NCBI GenBank assembly: GCA_051531975.1
Contig: JAOPTT010000001.1
Span: 179,720 to 243,719 of the forward strand
Length of the DNA stretch: 64,000 bases
Source: Spirochaetaceae bacterium
Lineage (GTDB): Bacteria > Spirochaetota > Spirochaetia > DSM-2461
Direction: 5' to 3'
Position 1 is the stretch's first letter. Each line of letters starts with the position of its first letter. Made by a program: the position numbers and the translations under genes. Shown here piece by piece: positions 30,464-41,906 of the stretch. The notes under the pieces are model-generated. The model worked only from the letters and a program-made list of their open reading frames with translations, had not been told where the DNA came from and did not search any database.

Positions 30464-32029
30464 ATGAATGAATTCAGATATGGTGTGGAATGGTTAACAG
30501 CTGGGATAACTCTAGATATTGCCAGGGGAAAGACAAAAGGTATACTAAGCAAGGAAGCAGTTAAAAATATCGAAAAAAGCTATAACGATGTTCAGGAAAT
30601 TGTTCAAACAGAAAAAACCGTTTATGGAATAAATACAGGTTTTGGCCCCCTCTGTTCCAAATCTATTTCAAAAGAAGATACTGAAAAACTCCAATATAAT
30701 ATTCTTAGAAGTCATAGTTCTGGGGTTGGTGATGATATTCCAATAGAAGTTGCAAAACTTATGCTGATATTAAAGGTGCAAGCACTATCAAAAGGATATT
30801 CAGGCATAAACTTATCAACTTTAAACCGAATTATATGGCATATTGAAAATGATATTATACCTGCGGTCCCCTGCCAGGGTTCAGTTGGAGCATCAGGAGA
30901 TTTAGCACCGCTCTCTCACCTATTTTTACCCCTAATAGGATTTGGAAAAGTATATATGGATGGTAAATTAATTGAAACATCTAAAATATTTAAAAAATAT
31001 AAATTAAAACCCTTAAAACTTGGAGCAAAAGAGGGTTTAGCCTTAATAAATGGAACTCAGTTTATGGCAGCTTTCTCTGTTAGGGCAATAGAGAGATTTA
31101 AAAATTGTCTAGAGACTGCAGATATTCTTGGAGCAATGTCATTAGAGTCTCTTCTAGGTTCAATAGCTCCTTTTAAAGAGGAACTACACGACCTTAGACC
31201 ATATCCTGGAACAAAATATGTAGCTTTTAGACTAAGAACTCTATTAGAAGACTCACAAATGGTAAAATCACATATTAATTGCGAACGGGTTCAAGACCCC
31301 TATTCATTACGATGCATGCCCCAAGTCCACGGAGCTTCTAGAAACGCATGGAAACATTTTAAAGAAACAATAGAGATAGAGTTAAACTCTGTAACAGATA
31401 ATCCTATAATTCTAAGTTCAGATGAAACTATAAGTGGTGGTAATTTTCATGGAGAACCAATAGCTATACCAATAGATTATGCGACTGTTGCAGTAAGTGA
31501 GTTAGGTAATATTTCTGATAGAAGAATTTACCTACTTTTAGAAGGACTTCAAGGCCTACCTATACTTTTAATGGATGATACAGGTATTAACTCTGGTTTT
31601 ATGATTCCTCAATATACATCTGCTGCGTTAGCATCGGAGAATAAAACCCTCTGCTTTCCAGCTAGTGCCGATAGTATTCCAACTTCTTTGGGACAAGAAG
31701 ACCATGTTAGCATGGGTTCTATAGGGTGTCGGAAGCTTAATCAGGTAATAGATAATGTAGAAAATATTTTAGCTGTAGAGCTCTTATGTGCAGCTCAAGC
31801 TTTCGATTTTAGGAAACCTCTTAAATCTAGTACTATTTTAGAAGCTTGTCATAATATTGTTCGATCAAAAATAAATCATGCAGATGAAGATAGGGTTTTT
31901 GCTGACGACCTAATTACAGCTAGAAAACTAATACAGGATAAGACTCTTGCTAAAGAGGCTATTCGATGTGCAAAAAATAAAAAAATTGAATTTAAAGGAG
32001 ACGGTTATGAATCATTTAGAATTTATTAA
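30464..32029 (+). CDS. hutH: Histidine ammonia-lyase
   Basis: [12 protein letters not shown] tripeptide in [33 protein letters not shown]. Confidence 0.97.
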   Translation: MNEFRYGVEWLTAGITLDIARGKTKGILSKEAVKNIEKSYNDVQEIVQTEKTVYGINTGFGPLCSKSISKEDTEKLQYNILRSHSSGVGDDIPIEVAKLMLILKVQALSKGYSGINLSTLNRIIWHIENDIIPAVPCQGSVGASGDLAPLSHLFLPLIGFGKVYMDGKLIETSKIFKKYKLKPLKLGAKEGLALINGTQFMAAFSVRAIERFKNCLETADILGAMSLESLLGSIAPFKEELHDLRPYPGTKYVAFRLRTLLEDSQMVKSHINCERVQDPYSLRCMPQVHGASRNAWKHFKETIEIELNSVTDNPIILSSDETISGGNFHGEPIAIPIDYATVAVSELGNISDRRIYLLLEGLQGLPILLMDDTGINSGFMIPQYTSAALASENKTLCFPASADSIPTSLGQEDHVSMGSIGCRKLNQVIDNVENILAVELLCAAQAFDFRKPLKSSTILEACHNIVRSKINHADEDRVFADDLITARKLIQDKTLAKEAIRCAKNKKIEFKGDGYESFRIY

Positions 32030-33677
32030 TAAATATGCTAATCATCCAGAATATAAAGCTCCAACAGGAGATAAACTCCATGCTAAATCGTGGCAGACTG
32101 AGGCTGCTCTAAGGATGTTATTGAACAACCTAGATAGAGAAGTTGCTGAGAACCCAGAAGAGTTAATAGTTTATGGTGGGAATGGTCAGGCAGCAAGAAG
32201 TGTAGAAGATTTACAGAAAATAATTAAATGTCTATTGGATTTAGAGAGTGATCAGAGTCTTTTGGTTCAATCTGGTAAAGCTGTAGGAGTAATTAGAAGT
32301 CATAAAAATGCTCCAAGGGTATTAATTGCCAATAGTAATCTTGTTCCAAAGTGGGCAACCTGGGATCACTTTAATATGTTAAAAGATAAAGGTCTTATGA
32401 TGTATGGTCAGATGACTGCAGGGAGTTGGATTTATATAGGGACCCAAGGAATTTTACAAGGAACATATGAGACATTTATGGCATGTGGAAAAAAACATTA
32501 CAACTCAAACCTAAAGGGTAAACTTGTATTCTCAGGGGGTATTGGTGGCATGAGTGGTGCACAACCATTAGCTGCAACCCTAGCTGGGGCTACATATTTA
32601 GGGGTAGACGTAGATAAAGATCGAATCAAAAAGAGATTAAATGGTAAATATATAGATAAAATGACTGATTCATATTCAGAAGCTATTAAGTGGGTATTAG
32701 AGGCTAAAGAGAAAGAAGAGGCAATTTCTGTAGGCTTAGTTGGAAATGTTAGAGATGTACTACAAAAACTTGTTGATGATAATATAACTCCAGATATTAC
32801 TACTGATCAGACATCTGCCCATGACCCATTAAATGGATATGTACCAGCTGACATACCTTATCAGGGTGTTTTGTTGTTAAGAAAAACAGATCCAAAAAAA
32901 TACAGAGAGCTATCATTAAAAACAATGGCAGAACATGTTGGTTTTATGCTTCAACTAAAAGAGAGGGGAAGTCATGTATTCGACTATGGCAATAACCTTA
33001 GGGAGTTTGCAAGACAGGGTGGAGAAGATAGAGCTTTTGAATACCCAGGCTTTGTACCAGCTTATATTAGACCTCTATTTTGTGAAGGTAAAGGACCATT
33101 TAGGTGGGCTGCACTATCTGGAGATCCAGAGGATATAAGAGTAACTGATAAAGCTTTAAAAGAGGCCTTTCCAGAAAATAAGCAGATGATCCATTGGCTA
33201 AACGAAGCTGAAAATAGAGTTTCGTTTCAGGGTCTACCCTCAAGAATATGTTGGCTTGGAATGGGTGAAAGGGAGAAAGCAGGAGTTATATTTAATAACT
33301 TGGTAAAAACAGGGAAGGTAAAAGCTCCTATTGTAATTGGAAGAGATCATCTGGATTGTGGTTCTGTAGCATCCCCATACAGGGAGACAGAAGACATGAA
33401 AGATGGATCAGACGCAGTCTCTGATTGGCCAATATTAAATCTTCTATCTAATACATCTGGAGGTGCTACATGGGTATCATTTCACCATGGAGGTGGAGTT
33501 GGTATAGGTTATTCTCAACATGCTGGAATGGTAGTTGTAGCAGATGGAACAAAAGAGTGTGAAGTAATTTTAAGACGTGTTTTATACAACGATCCAGCAA
33601 TGGGAATTTTTAGACATGCCGATGCTGGTTACGATATTGCAGTACAAACAGGTAACGATCAAGGAGTTCTTTTATGA
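32007..33677 (+). CDS. hutU: Urocanate hydratase
   Basis: [42 protein letters not shown]. Confidence 0.97.
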   Translation: MNHLEFINKYANHPEYKAPTGDKLHAKSWQTEAALRMLLNNLDREVAENPEELIVYGGNGQAARSVEDLQKIIKCLLDLESDQSLLVQSGKAVGVIRSHKNAPRVLIANSNLVPKWATWDHFNMLKDKGLMMYGQMTAGSWIYIGTQGILQGTYETFMACGKKHYNSNLKGKLVFSGGIGGMSGAQPLAATLAGATYLGVDVDKDRIKKRLNGKYIDKMTDSYSEAIKWVLEAKEKEEAISVGLVGNVRDVLQKLVDDNITPDITTDQTSAHDPLNGYVPADIPYQGVLLLRKTDPKKYRELSLKTMAEHVGFMLQLKERGSHVFDYGNNLREFARQGGEDRAFEYPGFVPAYIRPLFCEGKGPFRWAALSGDPEDIRVTDKALKEAFPENKQMIHWLNEAENRVSFQGLPSRICWLGMGEREKAGVIFNNLVKTGKVKAPIVIGRDHLDCGSVASPYRETEDMKDGSDAVSDWPILNLLSNTSGGATWVSFHHGGGVGIGYSQHAGMVVVADGTKECEVILRRVLYNDPAMGIFRHADAGYDIAVQTGNDQGVLL

Positions 33678-35353
33678 GACAAATTATAGAGTGTGTTCCG
33701 AACTTCAGTGAGGGTGTAAACCTTAATATAATAAAAGAGATTACAGATATTATAGAAGCAGTGGATGGAGTTACATTGCTAGATGTAGATCCAGGTAGAG
33801 CCACAAATAGAACTGTGGTTACATTTGTAGGAGAGCCTGAACCAGTAATTGAAGCTGCATTTCTTGGAATAAAAAAAGCGTCAGAACTAATAGATATGAA
33901 AAATCATAGCGGTGAACATCCAAGAATGGGAGCAACTGATGTATGCCCTTTAATACCTATAAGTAATATAAGTTTGGATCAGTGTATCCCCTATGCTGAA
34001 AGGCTTGCAAAAATGGTTGGAGAAGAGTTACATATTCCATCCTACCTATATGGTAAAGCGGCAAAAAAAGAGAATAGAGTAAAACTACCAGATATAAGAG
34101 AAGGAGAATATGAGGCTTTAGAGGGCAAATTACAAAACCCTGATTTTAAACCTGATTTTGGAGAAGCCATATTTAACTCAAAATCCGGAGCAACTGCATT
34201 TGGAGTTAGAGACTTCCTATTAGCGTATAATATAAATTTAAATAGTAAAGATGCAAAGTTTGCGAAAGATATAGCTTTAACAATTAGAGAACGTGGTAGA
34301 GCCAAAAGAGACAGTGATGGGGAGATTCTAAGGGATGCCAATGGTGTATCTATAAAAGTTCCAGGATTATTAGAGAACTGTCAGGCAGGTGGCTGGTATA
34401 TTGATGAGTATGGATATGCCCAGGTTACAATGAATTTAACTAATTACCACAATATTGGATTACACACAGCATTTGATGTTGTAGTAAAAGAGGCTGAAAA
34501 GTTTGGACTAAGAGTAACAGGTAGCGAGGTTGTAGGCCTTCTTCCCAAAAAAGCTATTTTAGATGCTGGACTACACTATTTAAAGAAATCTAATAAAAAC
34601 ATAGGAATACCTGAAAAAGATATAGTTCATATTGGAATCTTATCCCTTGGATTAAATGATACAACACCATTTGATGCAAAAAAGAAGATAATAGAGTATG
34701 CAATTGAAGCAAAGAAGAGTGGGCTTAAACATCTTAGTATTACAGATTTTGTAACCGAACTATCTTCTGACTCGATGGCTCCTGGAGGAGGAAGTATCGC
34801 GGCATTAAATGGTGCTTTATCTGCAGGATTAACATCAATGGTTGCAAACTTAACCCATGGTAAAAAAGGGTATATTCAACATGATAAGATGATGACTGAA
34901 GTTTCTATAGATTCTCAGCATTTAAAGGGCGAGTATATAGAACTTATTGATTCTGATACTGACTCATTCAACAGTTATATTTTAGCAGTTAGAATGCCTA
35001 AAAAAAGTGAACAGCAAATAACGCTGCGTAATGAAGCCCTAGAGAATGCAGCAAAAGCTATGACTTTAATCCCAATGAGAACACTAAGAGGAACACTAAA
35101 ACTTCAAAGTAATGCAGAGATAGTGCTAAAAAATGGTAATAGGAATGCTCTCTCTGATGCAACTGTAGCTATTATTCAGAGTGAAGCAGCAGCAACTGGA
35201 GCCTTTTTAAATGTTAAAATAAATCTACCATCAGTTAAAGATGAGATATTTAAAAAAGATATTTTAGAAGAGGCAGAGGAGATCTTACAATCAATTAAAC
35301 TTGGTAGAAAAAGATTAGAGGGGTATGCACTGAAGGAACTAGATAATGAATAG
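33674..35353 (+). CDS. ftcD: Bifunctional glutamate formimidoyltransferase / formimino-THF cyclodeaminase
   Basis: [22 protein letters not shown], then cyclodeaminase domain [10 protein letters not shown]...NVKINL. Confidence 0.93.
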   Translation: MRQIIECVPNFSEGVNLNIIKEITDIIEAVDGVTLLDVDPGRATNRTVVTFVGEPEPVIEAAFLGIKKASELIDMKNHSGEHPRMGATDVCPLIPISNISLDQCIPYAERLAKMVGEELHIPSYLYGKAAKKENRVKLPDIREGEYEALEGKLQNPDFKPDFGEAIFNSKSGATAFGVRDFLLAYNINLNSKDAKFAKDIALTIRERGRAKRDSDGEILRDANGVSIKVPGLLENCQAGGWYIDEYGYAQVTMNLTNYHNIGLHTAFDVVVKEAEKFGLRVTGSEVVGLLPKKAILDAGLHYLKKSNKNIGIPEKDIVHIGILSLGLNDTTPFDAKKKIIEYAIEAKKSGLKHLSITDFVTELSSDSMAPGGGSIAALNGALSAGLTSMVANLTHGKKGYIQHDKMMTEVSIDSQHLKGEYIELIDSDTDSFNSYILAVRMPKKSEQQITLRNEALENAAKAMTLIPMRTLRGTLKLQSNAEIVLKNGNRNALSDATVAIIQSEAAATGAFLNVKINLPSVKDEIFKKDILEEAEEILQSIKLGRKRLEGYALKELDNE

Positions 35354-36554
35354 CGACATTGACCTTCTAGTTATAAATAGTTCCAAACTTCTAACTCTAC
35401 AGGGGGAGATAGGTCTCTCCCCAATAACAGGTGGAGGAGTAGCAATCAAAAATGGGATAATTGTAGATATTGGAACATCTACAGATCTTAAATTAAAATA
35501 CTCTAATTGTAAAAATATAATAGATGCAAAAGAACATCTGGTAATGCCAGGATTTGTAGATTGTCATACCCACCTTGTATTTGGTGGAGATAGAACAGAA
35601 GAGATGTTACTCAGGATAAGTGGGACATCATATCTTGATATACTTAAAAATGGTGGAGGAATAAACTCCACTGTAAATGCAACAAGGAGTTGTACTAAAG
35701 AGCAGTTAATTAAACTCTCTTTAAACAGACTTGATGATTTAAAAAAACATGGAACTACTACAGTAGAGATAAAAACAGGTTATGGTTTAAACTATGAATC
35801 AGAAAAGAAGATGTTAGAAGTTATTAGGGAATTAAAAACAATATCTGATCTCGATATCGTATCTACCTACCTTGGAGCCCACACAATACCTGCCAATAAA
35901 AATCGAGAGGAATATATTACGTGGTTATTAGGAGAGAGCCTAACAAAATTTAAAAACTATGCTGAGTTTTTTGATCTATTTTGTGAAGAAGGTGCATTTA
36001 GTTATAAAGAAAGCAAGGAACTACTTCTAGCAGCTAAAAAAGCTGGATATAAATTAAAAATTCATGCAGGACAATTTAATGATCTAGAAGCTCCAGGAAT
36101 GGCTGCAGAACTGGGGGCTACCTCGATTGATCATTTAGAACATATTAGTATTGAACAGATTATTAAAATGGCAGATAAAGGAACCATAGCTGTGTTAATG
36201 CCTGGTGTTCCTATGTTTTTGAAGACCAAATACCCAAATGGTAGAGATTTTATAGACAGAGGTGTTAATGTAGCCCTAGCAACAGATTTTAACCCAGGAT
36301 CCTGCCCCTCGTTCTCAATGCCCATGATGATTATGTTAGCTGTTTTTAACTGTGGTTTAACAATAGATGAAGCGATTAGAGCAGCAACAATTAATAGTGC
36401 TAAAGCTATTGGGCTACAAAGCAGTGTAGGTTCATTGGAAATTGGAAAAAATGCTGATCTGATTATTCTAAATCTAAAAAAGCCAGAAGAGATTGTTTAT
36501 TATTTTGGTACTAATCCAGTACATACTGTAATTAAAAGAGGGATGGTAATATAA
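35346..36554 (+). CDS. hutI: Imidazolonepropionase
   Basis: PGFVDCHTH, EIKTGYG, LGAH, IHAGQ, DHLE, ATDFNPG. Confidence 0.96.
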   Translation: MNSDIDLLVINSSKLLTLQGEIGLSPITGGGVAIKNGIIVDIGTSTDLKLKYSNCKNIIDAKEHLVMPGFVDCHTHLVFGGDRTEEMLLRISGTSYLDILKNGGGINSTVNATRSCTKEQLIKLSLNRLDDLKKHGTTTVEIKTGYGLNYESEKKMLEVIRELKTISDLDIVSTYLGAHTIPANKNREEYITWLLGESLTKFKNYAEFFDLFCEEGAFSYKESKELLLAAKKAGYKLKIHAGQFNDLEAPGMAAELGATSIDHLEHISIEQIIKMADKGTIAVLMPGVPMFLKTKYPNGRDFIDRGVNVALATDFNPGSCPSFSMPMMIMLAVFNCGLTIDEAIRAATINSAKAIGLQSSVGSLEIGKNADLIILNLKKPEEIVYYFGTNPVHTVIKRGMVI

Positions 36555-36711
36555 TTTAGAGTTGTCATTTATGTGTATTCAAAAACCACATTTCTGATAC
36601 AGTAACATTTGTATTTCACCTAACACTCTAAAGGGACACGACTTTTAATATCTTTAATTTAACGCAGCTATAATTTTTTAATATGAGCAAAATAATATAG
36701 TTTTATTTTCA

Positions 36712-37293
36712 TTAATCTTTTTTATTATATAATCTTTTTCTTATCCTACTTAAAGATTCAGGTTTTACACCAATATAACTTGATAGATTTACCTGAGAAA
36801 CTCTCTCAAATAATTCAGGCCTTTGATTTAATAATTTTAAATATCTTTCTTCAGGAGTATTAAATAAGTAAGTTCTTATCTGTTTCTGATTTTCTACCAT
36901 ATAATCTTCAATAATCATACGGGCGACACTTTCTAACCGAGGATAATCCTTAAATAACTTTTGAGCTTTATCTTCATTACCTACTACAAAGAATGTATCT
37001 TCTAAACAATATAGATTAACTTTAAAATCTTGATTTTCAGAAGTGTCACTAAATAATAAAATCCATTGTCCTTCAGTATAAAAATTAGTTGAAATTTCTT
37101 CATCTTTAATAAGTTTATATTCTCGTACTAGGCCACTCATAACAAAATAAGAGTTCTGATTAATATCATCTTCTCTTTGTAAGAAGGAGTCCTTTTTATA
37201 TTCCTTTATATCCATGCTTTCATTGATTGCATCAATTTCATCTTTTGTAAGTTTTGTATAAGTTAGGAAGTGATCTATTAATTTATTCTTCAT
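36712..37293 (-). CDS. Crp/Fnr family transcriptional regulator
   Basis: cNMP-like N-domain; TPEERY...SSYIGVKPESLSRIRKR. Confidence 0.9.
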   Translation of the reverse strand: MKNKLIDHFLTYTKLTKDEIDAINESMDIKEYKKDSFLQREDDINQNSYFVMSGLVREYKLIKDEEISTNFYTEGQWILLFSDTSENQDFKVNLYCLEDTFFVVGNEDKAQKLFKDYPRLESVARMIIEDYMVENQKQIRTYLFNTPEERYLKLLNQRPELFERVSQVNLSSYIGVKPESLSRIRKRLYNKKD

Positions 37294-37308
37294 GTAAACC
37301 TCCAAGTC

Positions 37309-37322
37309 TTAACTTAAGTCAA
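37309..37322. promoter_or_regulatory. Candidate Crp/Fnr-type binding site
   Basis: TTAAC-N4-GTCAA near-palindrome between the divergent Crp and DUF4386 genes. Confidence 0.55.
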
Positions 37323-37390
37323 TGCATTCAGTTTTATTAGGCTGTAATATTAACATAACATTTTAATCATAATACGACATGGAGGATTAT

Positions 37391-37966
37391 ATGATAAAAA
37401 TAAGAAAAATAAGTATTACAATAGGTCTTTTAATTCTATCAGCATTTATTTTTTATGGTGTAGGTCAGAGTTTAATAACTTCTGCTCCAACAATAGGGCT
37501 TTTCATGATTTTGATAAACTCAATAATCGTGACTTTTATAGGAATTTTGTTTAAAAATCTATTAAGGAATCAAGATAAACCTATTATGAGAACATATTTA
37601 GCAGCAAGGATAATTGAAGCTGTATTACTTTTAATTGGGGGATTATTTCTATATATAAATGAAATAACTGATACTACTTTAATGCAACAATCTTTCATAA
37701 TAATAAATAAAATTGCATATAATATAGGAATGATTAGCTTAGGCATTGGTAGTACTATTGTATTCTCTTTTTGTTTAAAACCCCGGGTATTTCCTAAATG
37801 GATATGTATTTGGGGAATAATAGGTTACATATTATTAGTTATTGGAAGTTTACTAGACATCCTAAATATCCAATCAAGTATGTATTTTCTAATGCCAGGA
37901 GGTTTGTTTGAGATTACAATATCATTCTGGTTAATATTCAAGGGTCAGAGAACACAAATGATTTGA
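37391..37966 (+). CDS. DUF4386-like membrane protein
   Basis: YLAARIIEA, PKWICIWGIIGY, PGGLFEI...WLIFKG. Confidence 0.75.
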   Translation: MIKIRKISITIGLLILSAFIFYGVGQSLITSAPTIGLFMILINSIIVTFIGILFKNLLRNQDKPIMRTYLAARIIEAVLLLIGGLFLYINEITDTTLMQQSFIIINKIAYNIGMISLGIGSTIVFSFCLKPRVFPKWICIWGIIGYILLVIGSLLDILNIQSSMYFLMPGGLFEITISFWLIFKGQRTQMI

Positions 37967-38136
37967 TGAACTAATGATCGAAAATAGCGAGTTGTTCCAT
38001 TTTTTGTTAAATGTATAAGTAATGTAACATTCAAATATAGTGTTCTTCGATAATATAAAACTGAAAAAATATCTTTGTTAATTTATACATAATTGTTTTA
38101 TAATTAAAAATATATTAATTGATCATGGAAGGTATA

Positions 38137-38443
38137 ATGAAAAAGAACAAAATAGTTATTTATAGTATTCTAGCTTATCTTTGGTCATATACTCTTTGGG
38201 TATTTTCTATAAAATATGCTTTACAAAAGGATATTAGTCTATTTTTAAATGAATCATTAGTTAATGCAATTTACAATAAAGAGTTAATAGGTGATCTCGC
38301 ATTTTTTTCATTATTAGCAGTAGCGGCAACTTTAGGCCTCTATTTGCAAGTATAATTATTTCAATTATTGATAAGGATCTAAAAAAAGAGATGGTTTCTA
38401 GATTAAAATTTGTTAAAAAACCATCATTATATTTCATAGTAGT
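38137..38443 (+). pseudogene. CPBP (CAAX/Abi) protease, N-terminal part, frameshifted
   Basis: YSILAYLWSYTLW...AATLG, then after a frameshift near 38337 PLFASIIISII...SRLKF...YFIVV. Confidence 0.65.
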
Positions 38444-38715
38444 GGAAGGTCTTATTTCATAATTTTTAAAAGTAATAAAATTTAGTAACATATGGACTTA
38501 AAGAGTAAAAAATTCCATAAACCAAATCAGTCCCGTCTGTTTAATTGGAGATATTGTTGCAATTTAAATATTAAGCAATGGACAGTGCCTGGGCACTCCT
38601 ACAGAAGTAGTTATTACAGCATTTTAATTATTAAATATTTACATGAATAGATCTCCATATTATTTTTTATATTAATTCTAAAAGGTAAACTCTATACGAC
38701 TGTACAGTTATTAAT

Positions 38716-38901
38716 ATGTTACATTCTATTATCACTGTATTCCATATGATTAATGAACATTGGAATACTTTAATACCGGATGGTTCCCTAGAAGATGAAC
38801 TTGTAAAAAGACTTATTTCTGAAAATTAGGAGATTGAATTTAATAAACTTACTAAAAAAGTCAAAAAATTTATCTTAATAATTCCTGACAAAGTAGAGTG
38901 A
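38716..38901 (+). pseudogene. MmcQ/YjbR family remnant 1
   Basis: FHMINEHWNTLIPDGSLEDELVKRLISEN*EIEFNKLTKK resembles the YHMNKxHWNT...DGSL...KLTKK C-terminus; internal stop. Confidence 0.6.
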
Positions 38902-38923
38902 GTTCATTTAAAGTTTACTGTTT

Positions 38924-38977
38924 TATACTCTACAATTATCACCTATAATTGACAATTGTAGAGTATAGGTGTAATAT
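38924..38977 (+). promoter_or_regulatory. hicAB promoter with overlapping inverted repeats (candidate HicB operator)
   Basis: TTGACA 38949-54, 17 bp, TAATAT 38972-77; 14-bp IR TATACTCTACAATT/AATTGTAGAGTATA; 8-bp IR CACCTATA/TATAGGTG. Confidence 0.7.
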
Positions 38978-39006
38978 TGACTATACTTAAATCAGGAGTC
39001 CCAGAA

Positions 39007-39195
39007 GTGCCTATATCAGGTAAAGAAATGGTTAAGAGATATAAGAAAGCAGGATGGTATCTTGATCATATAAATGGGAGCCACCATATAATGAAAAAAG
39101 ATGAAGGTAATAGAACAATGCCTATACCTGTACATAAAAATGAATCCCTAGGTAAAGGTTTAGAAGGGAAACTATTAAAGGAGATTAGTAAATGA
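39007..39195 (+). CDS. hicA: HicA family toxin (mRNA interferase)
   Basis: ISGKEMVK...GW...NGSHHIM...IPVH...LGKG; GTG start after AGGAG. Confidence 0.92.
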   Translation: MPISGKEMVKRYKKAGWYLDHINGSHHIMKKDEGNRTMPIPVHKNESLGKGLEGKLLKEISK

Positions 39196-39614
39196 TATAT
39201 CACTTTGAATTACATAAAGAAGAAGATGGATTCTGGGCTGAGTGTGTTGAACTCGATAGTTGTATGTCTGAAGGGAAGACTATAGATGAACTAAAATCAA
39301 ATTTGAAAGAAGCTCTAGATGGTGTTCTTCAAACTTCTTTTGGTCATAACTTTGAACACCCTATGCCGCAAGATGAATTGAATAATGACAATAAATACTT
39401 AAAAATTGAACCGAGCTCCGATATTGCATTTTCTGTTTTACTTCGACATTATAGAATTAGTCATAGAAAGACTCAAGAATCAATGAAAGGTGCATTAGGC
39501 ATGAAAAGTCGTAATAGTTACGTTAAATTGGAACAAAAAGGAAACCCTACACTTAAAACATTAGTTAAAATTGTTAAGACTTTTCCTGATTTTCCATTAA
39601 AGGCATGTTTTTAA
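39192..39614 (+). CDS. hicB: HicB family antitoxin with C-terminal HTH
   Basis: EEDGFWAECVELDSCMSEGKTIDEL...EAL; XRE-like SYVKLEQKGNPTLKTL; ATGA overlap with hicA. Confidence 0.92.
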   Translation: MIYHFELHKEEDGFWAECVELDSCMSEGKTIDELKSNLKEALDGVLQTSFGHNFEHPMPQDELNNDNKYLKIEPSSDIAFSVLLRHYRISHRKTQESMKGALGMKSRNSYVKLEQKGNPTLKTLVKIVKTFPDFPLKACF

Positions 39615-39719
39615 AAATGAATTACAGTATTGAGTTATTTACTAATTGTAGTTTATAAATGAAATATTTAATTGTAGTTTGTGGTCTAGATTGAGTGGTA
39701 TTTACTGTGTAATAACGGT

Positions 39720-39788
39720 TATTGGAATACTATTATACTGGATGTAACCTTAGAAAATGATCTAATAAAAAGACTTATATCTGAATCT
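39720..39788 (+). pseudogene. MmcQ/YjbR family remnant 2
   Basis: YWNTIILDVTLENDLIKRLISES; 51/63 nt identical to 38761-38823 (hand count). Confidence 0.55.
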
Positions 39789-40213
39789 CGTACTGACAAT
39801 AAATTACAGCCAAAAAATATTTCAGTAATTTTGCCCACTCTATTAAATCCGATTCTATAAATATGCTACTTCTAAAATCATTGCTTAAATTACTCGAGTT
39901 TACACTCATCTATTTCATCAACAGGAATTCAATTATTCCAAAAATAGCTCTCATCTGGCAAGAGAATCAAAGGTATAAAAGATATTTTAATGAAAAGAAT
40001 ATCAAACTCCCCTTCTCCATCCAAGATAAATGGTTTATAACCATTTTTAAATACGAAAGATTTCCATAATAACTTTATTCGGTAATTAGGTGGTCACGAG
40101 AGGATATCCCCAGCTGTTTATATTGATTAAGCAATGTTCAGGCCCCAATATGGATATATTGATGCAACAGCATAACAACAGAATTTTATTTATTAAACAT
40201 TTAATACTTAAAG

Positions 40214-40245
40214 TTGATAATTCCTTATATATAAGGAATTATCAA
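40214..40245. repeat. Perfect 32-bp palindrome, probably the ssb terminator
   Basis: TTGATAATTCCTTATA|TATAAGGAATTATCAA, 9 bp beyond the ssb stop. Confidence 0.8.
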
Positions 40246-40254
40246 TATTAAAAG

Positions 40255-40604
40255 CTAAACAGCTACATCCTGAACCTCTTCTTCTTTTACAAGATTAACA
40301 ATAGGTTTAAACTCCACATGTTCAGCAACTACTTTAATCCGGGAATGTGGATTTTCGTTTTCATCAACCACCGGTCCTGTTTTAATCTTCCAACGACTCT
40401 AACCCCTCTACCCTTGCAAAGGTGTTTAAGGCAGCTTTCAGCTATTGTAGACTATACTTCTATATCAAAGTAGGATACCTCATTTACATAGTCATCATCT
40501 TTCTTATAACTTCTGTTAACAGCAATAGTGAAGTTACAGATAATTGTATCCTGGGGAGTTCTTCTCTCTACAGGGTCTTTAACTAAATTCCCCTCTAACA
40601 ACAT
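40255..40604 (-). pseudogene. ssb: Single-stranded DNA-binding protein pseudogene
   Basis: LLEGNLVKDP...NFTIAVNR...YFDIEV*STIAE...KGRGVRVVGRLKQDRW, frameshift, ...SRIKVVAEHVEFKP; TAG at 40452-54, frameshift near 40368, N-terminus missing. Confidence 0.88.
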
Positions 40605-40605
40605 T

Positions 40606-41115
40606 GTAATAGCTATATTCATCTTTACAGATTTATTACCATCTATTCCATTAGCTTTTATAGGTGGAATCACTAAACTACCGATATCAAAAATCTTTCT
40701 TTATATATTCACACTATTTAGTATTCAGATATTCACTTCAGGTGCAGAGGAATATGGTTGGACTGCCAGTTTGTATACTGGTTTGATATGGGCATTTTGG
40801 CATTTACCTATTGTGATATATATTTTTTACCTACAAGGCATGCCTCCATTTGCAATGATATTTTCTTTTATTGACTTTACTGTTGGAAGTGTAGCAATGT
40901 CAGTTGTTTATACATATTTTTATGAAAAAACTAAAAGTACTTTTTTTGCTGTATATATTCATGCTGTAGGTAATACTATACCATTTATAGCGAGTCTACT
41001 TATTACAGATTCATATAAGGTTTCAATTTTTACTCAATTACTAATTTGGATAGTTGTTGCTGTCATAGTCAAAAAAAATAAAGATATATTTCCAAACAAC
41101 AACAAGAAAAAATAG
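40606..41115 (+). pseudogene. CPBP (CAAX/Abi) protease, C-terminal part with internal deletion
   Basis: GAEEYGW joined directly to TASLYTGLIWAFWHLP (RG-containing helix missing); HAVGN motif. Confidence 0.75.
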
Positions 41116-41409
41116 TGTTTTATTATGTGGAAACTTTGGACCTCGACCTTTTTCTAGTAAGCCAAGGATACCAAGTTCTTTATACTGGTCAATATATTTT
41201 TATGCAGTTGGTCTACTGATATTAAACATTTCAGTTAGGTTAGAAATAGTATAACTTCCCCGATTTCCATAAAACTATGAACTCTTCTTTTTCTTCCATT
41301 TTAGCTGTCTCCTTACACGGCATAGTTATCTCCTAAAAGGGTGATTACCTATGCTAAAAGTGTAAAGGAATTGCTTGGATAACTGTAAAGGAAATACATG
41401 GGCCGGACA
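41116..41409 (-). mobile_element. IS481-family remnant: left end and degraded transposase N-terminus
   Basis: End 5'-TGTCCGGCCC at 41409; subterminal TGTAAAGGAA repeats at 41361 and 41384 (+); MPCKETAKMEEKEEF...ISRPTA*KYIDQYKELG...GL from ATG 41323 with frameshift and stop. Confidence 0.8.
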
Positions 41410-41532
41410 CTTTGTACATTAAACGTTCAACTGAGCTGCCGACAATTTAAAATAAATTGAAAGATAGCTAACTTAACTAGTAATATCAAATTTTAACTTA
41501 ATCCTTTGCTAAGCACTTTTACTAGAAATACC

Positions 41533-41665
41533 TTATTCCTCTTTATGCTTAATCAACCCCAAAACAGTTGATGTAAACCATATTGTTATCAATGTTTAAT
41601 ATATAAACTATCCAGGCAGATATTCCACATACTAATAATAGTTTTTCTTTTTTTAATGTATACAT
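41533..41665 (-). pseudogene. Short remnant of a membrane protein gene (DUF998-like N-terminus)
   Basis: AAAGGA RBS, MYTLKKEKLLLVCGISAWIVY, then the frame breaks. Confidence 0.3.
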
Positions 41666-41906
41666 ATAATTCCTTTCGTGGATTCTCTTCAATTATTACT
41701 AGATCTACCCTGTTTAAAGAAAGATTAGATGAATAATATTATTTTTTCAACTATAATATTTTTAATTGCTCCATATCACTCAAACCTAAAGTTCAATTTT
41801 TTATATAAAGTTATAATTAATTCATTAATATTTTTCACAACCATTTTGGATGGCATTGTGTTATGTTTAAAACTACTGATCTCATATTAACTTAGTTATA
41901 AATAGA

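Noticed and set aside
39863..40069. 68-aa ORF in the decayed region
   Set aside because: No RBS or motif; the opposite strand also shows only broken frames
40452..40454. TAG read-through (pyrrolysine) in ssb
   Set aside because: Codon corresponds to a conserved Trp and the gene also has a frameshift and truncation
40528..40673. Overlapping ORFs 40528+ and 40673- as a genuine dual-coding region
   Set aside because: Each ORF's N-terminus is just the antisense of the other remnant across the junction near 40605
41418..41450. attC-like half site (AAC-GTTCA-ACTGAGC-TGCCGAC) suggesting an integron cassette array
   Set aside because: No complementary half, imperfect R box, no second copy and no integrase in the window
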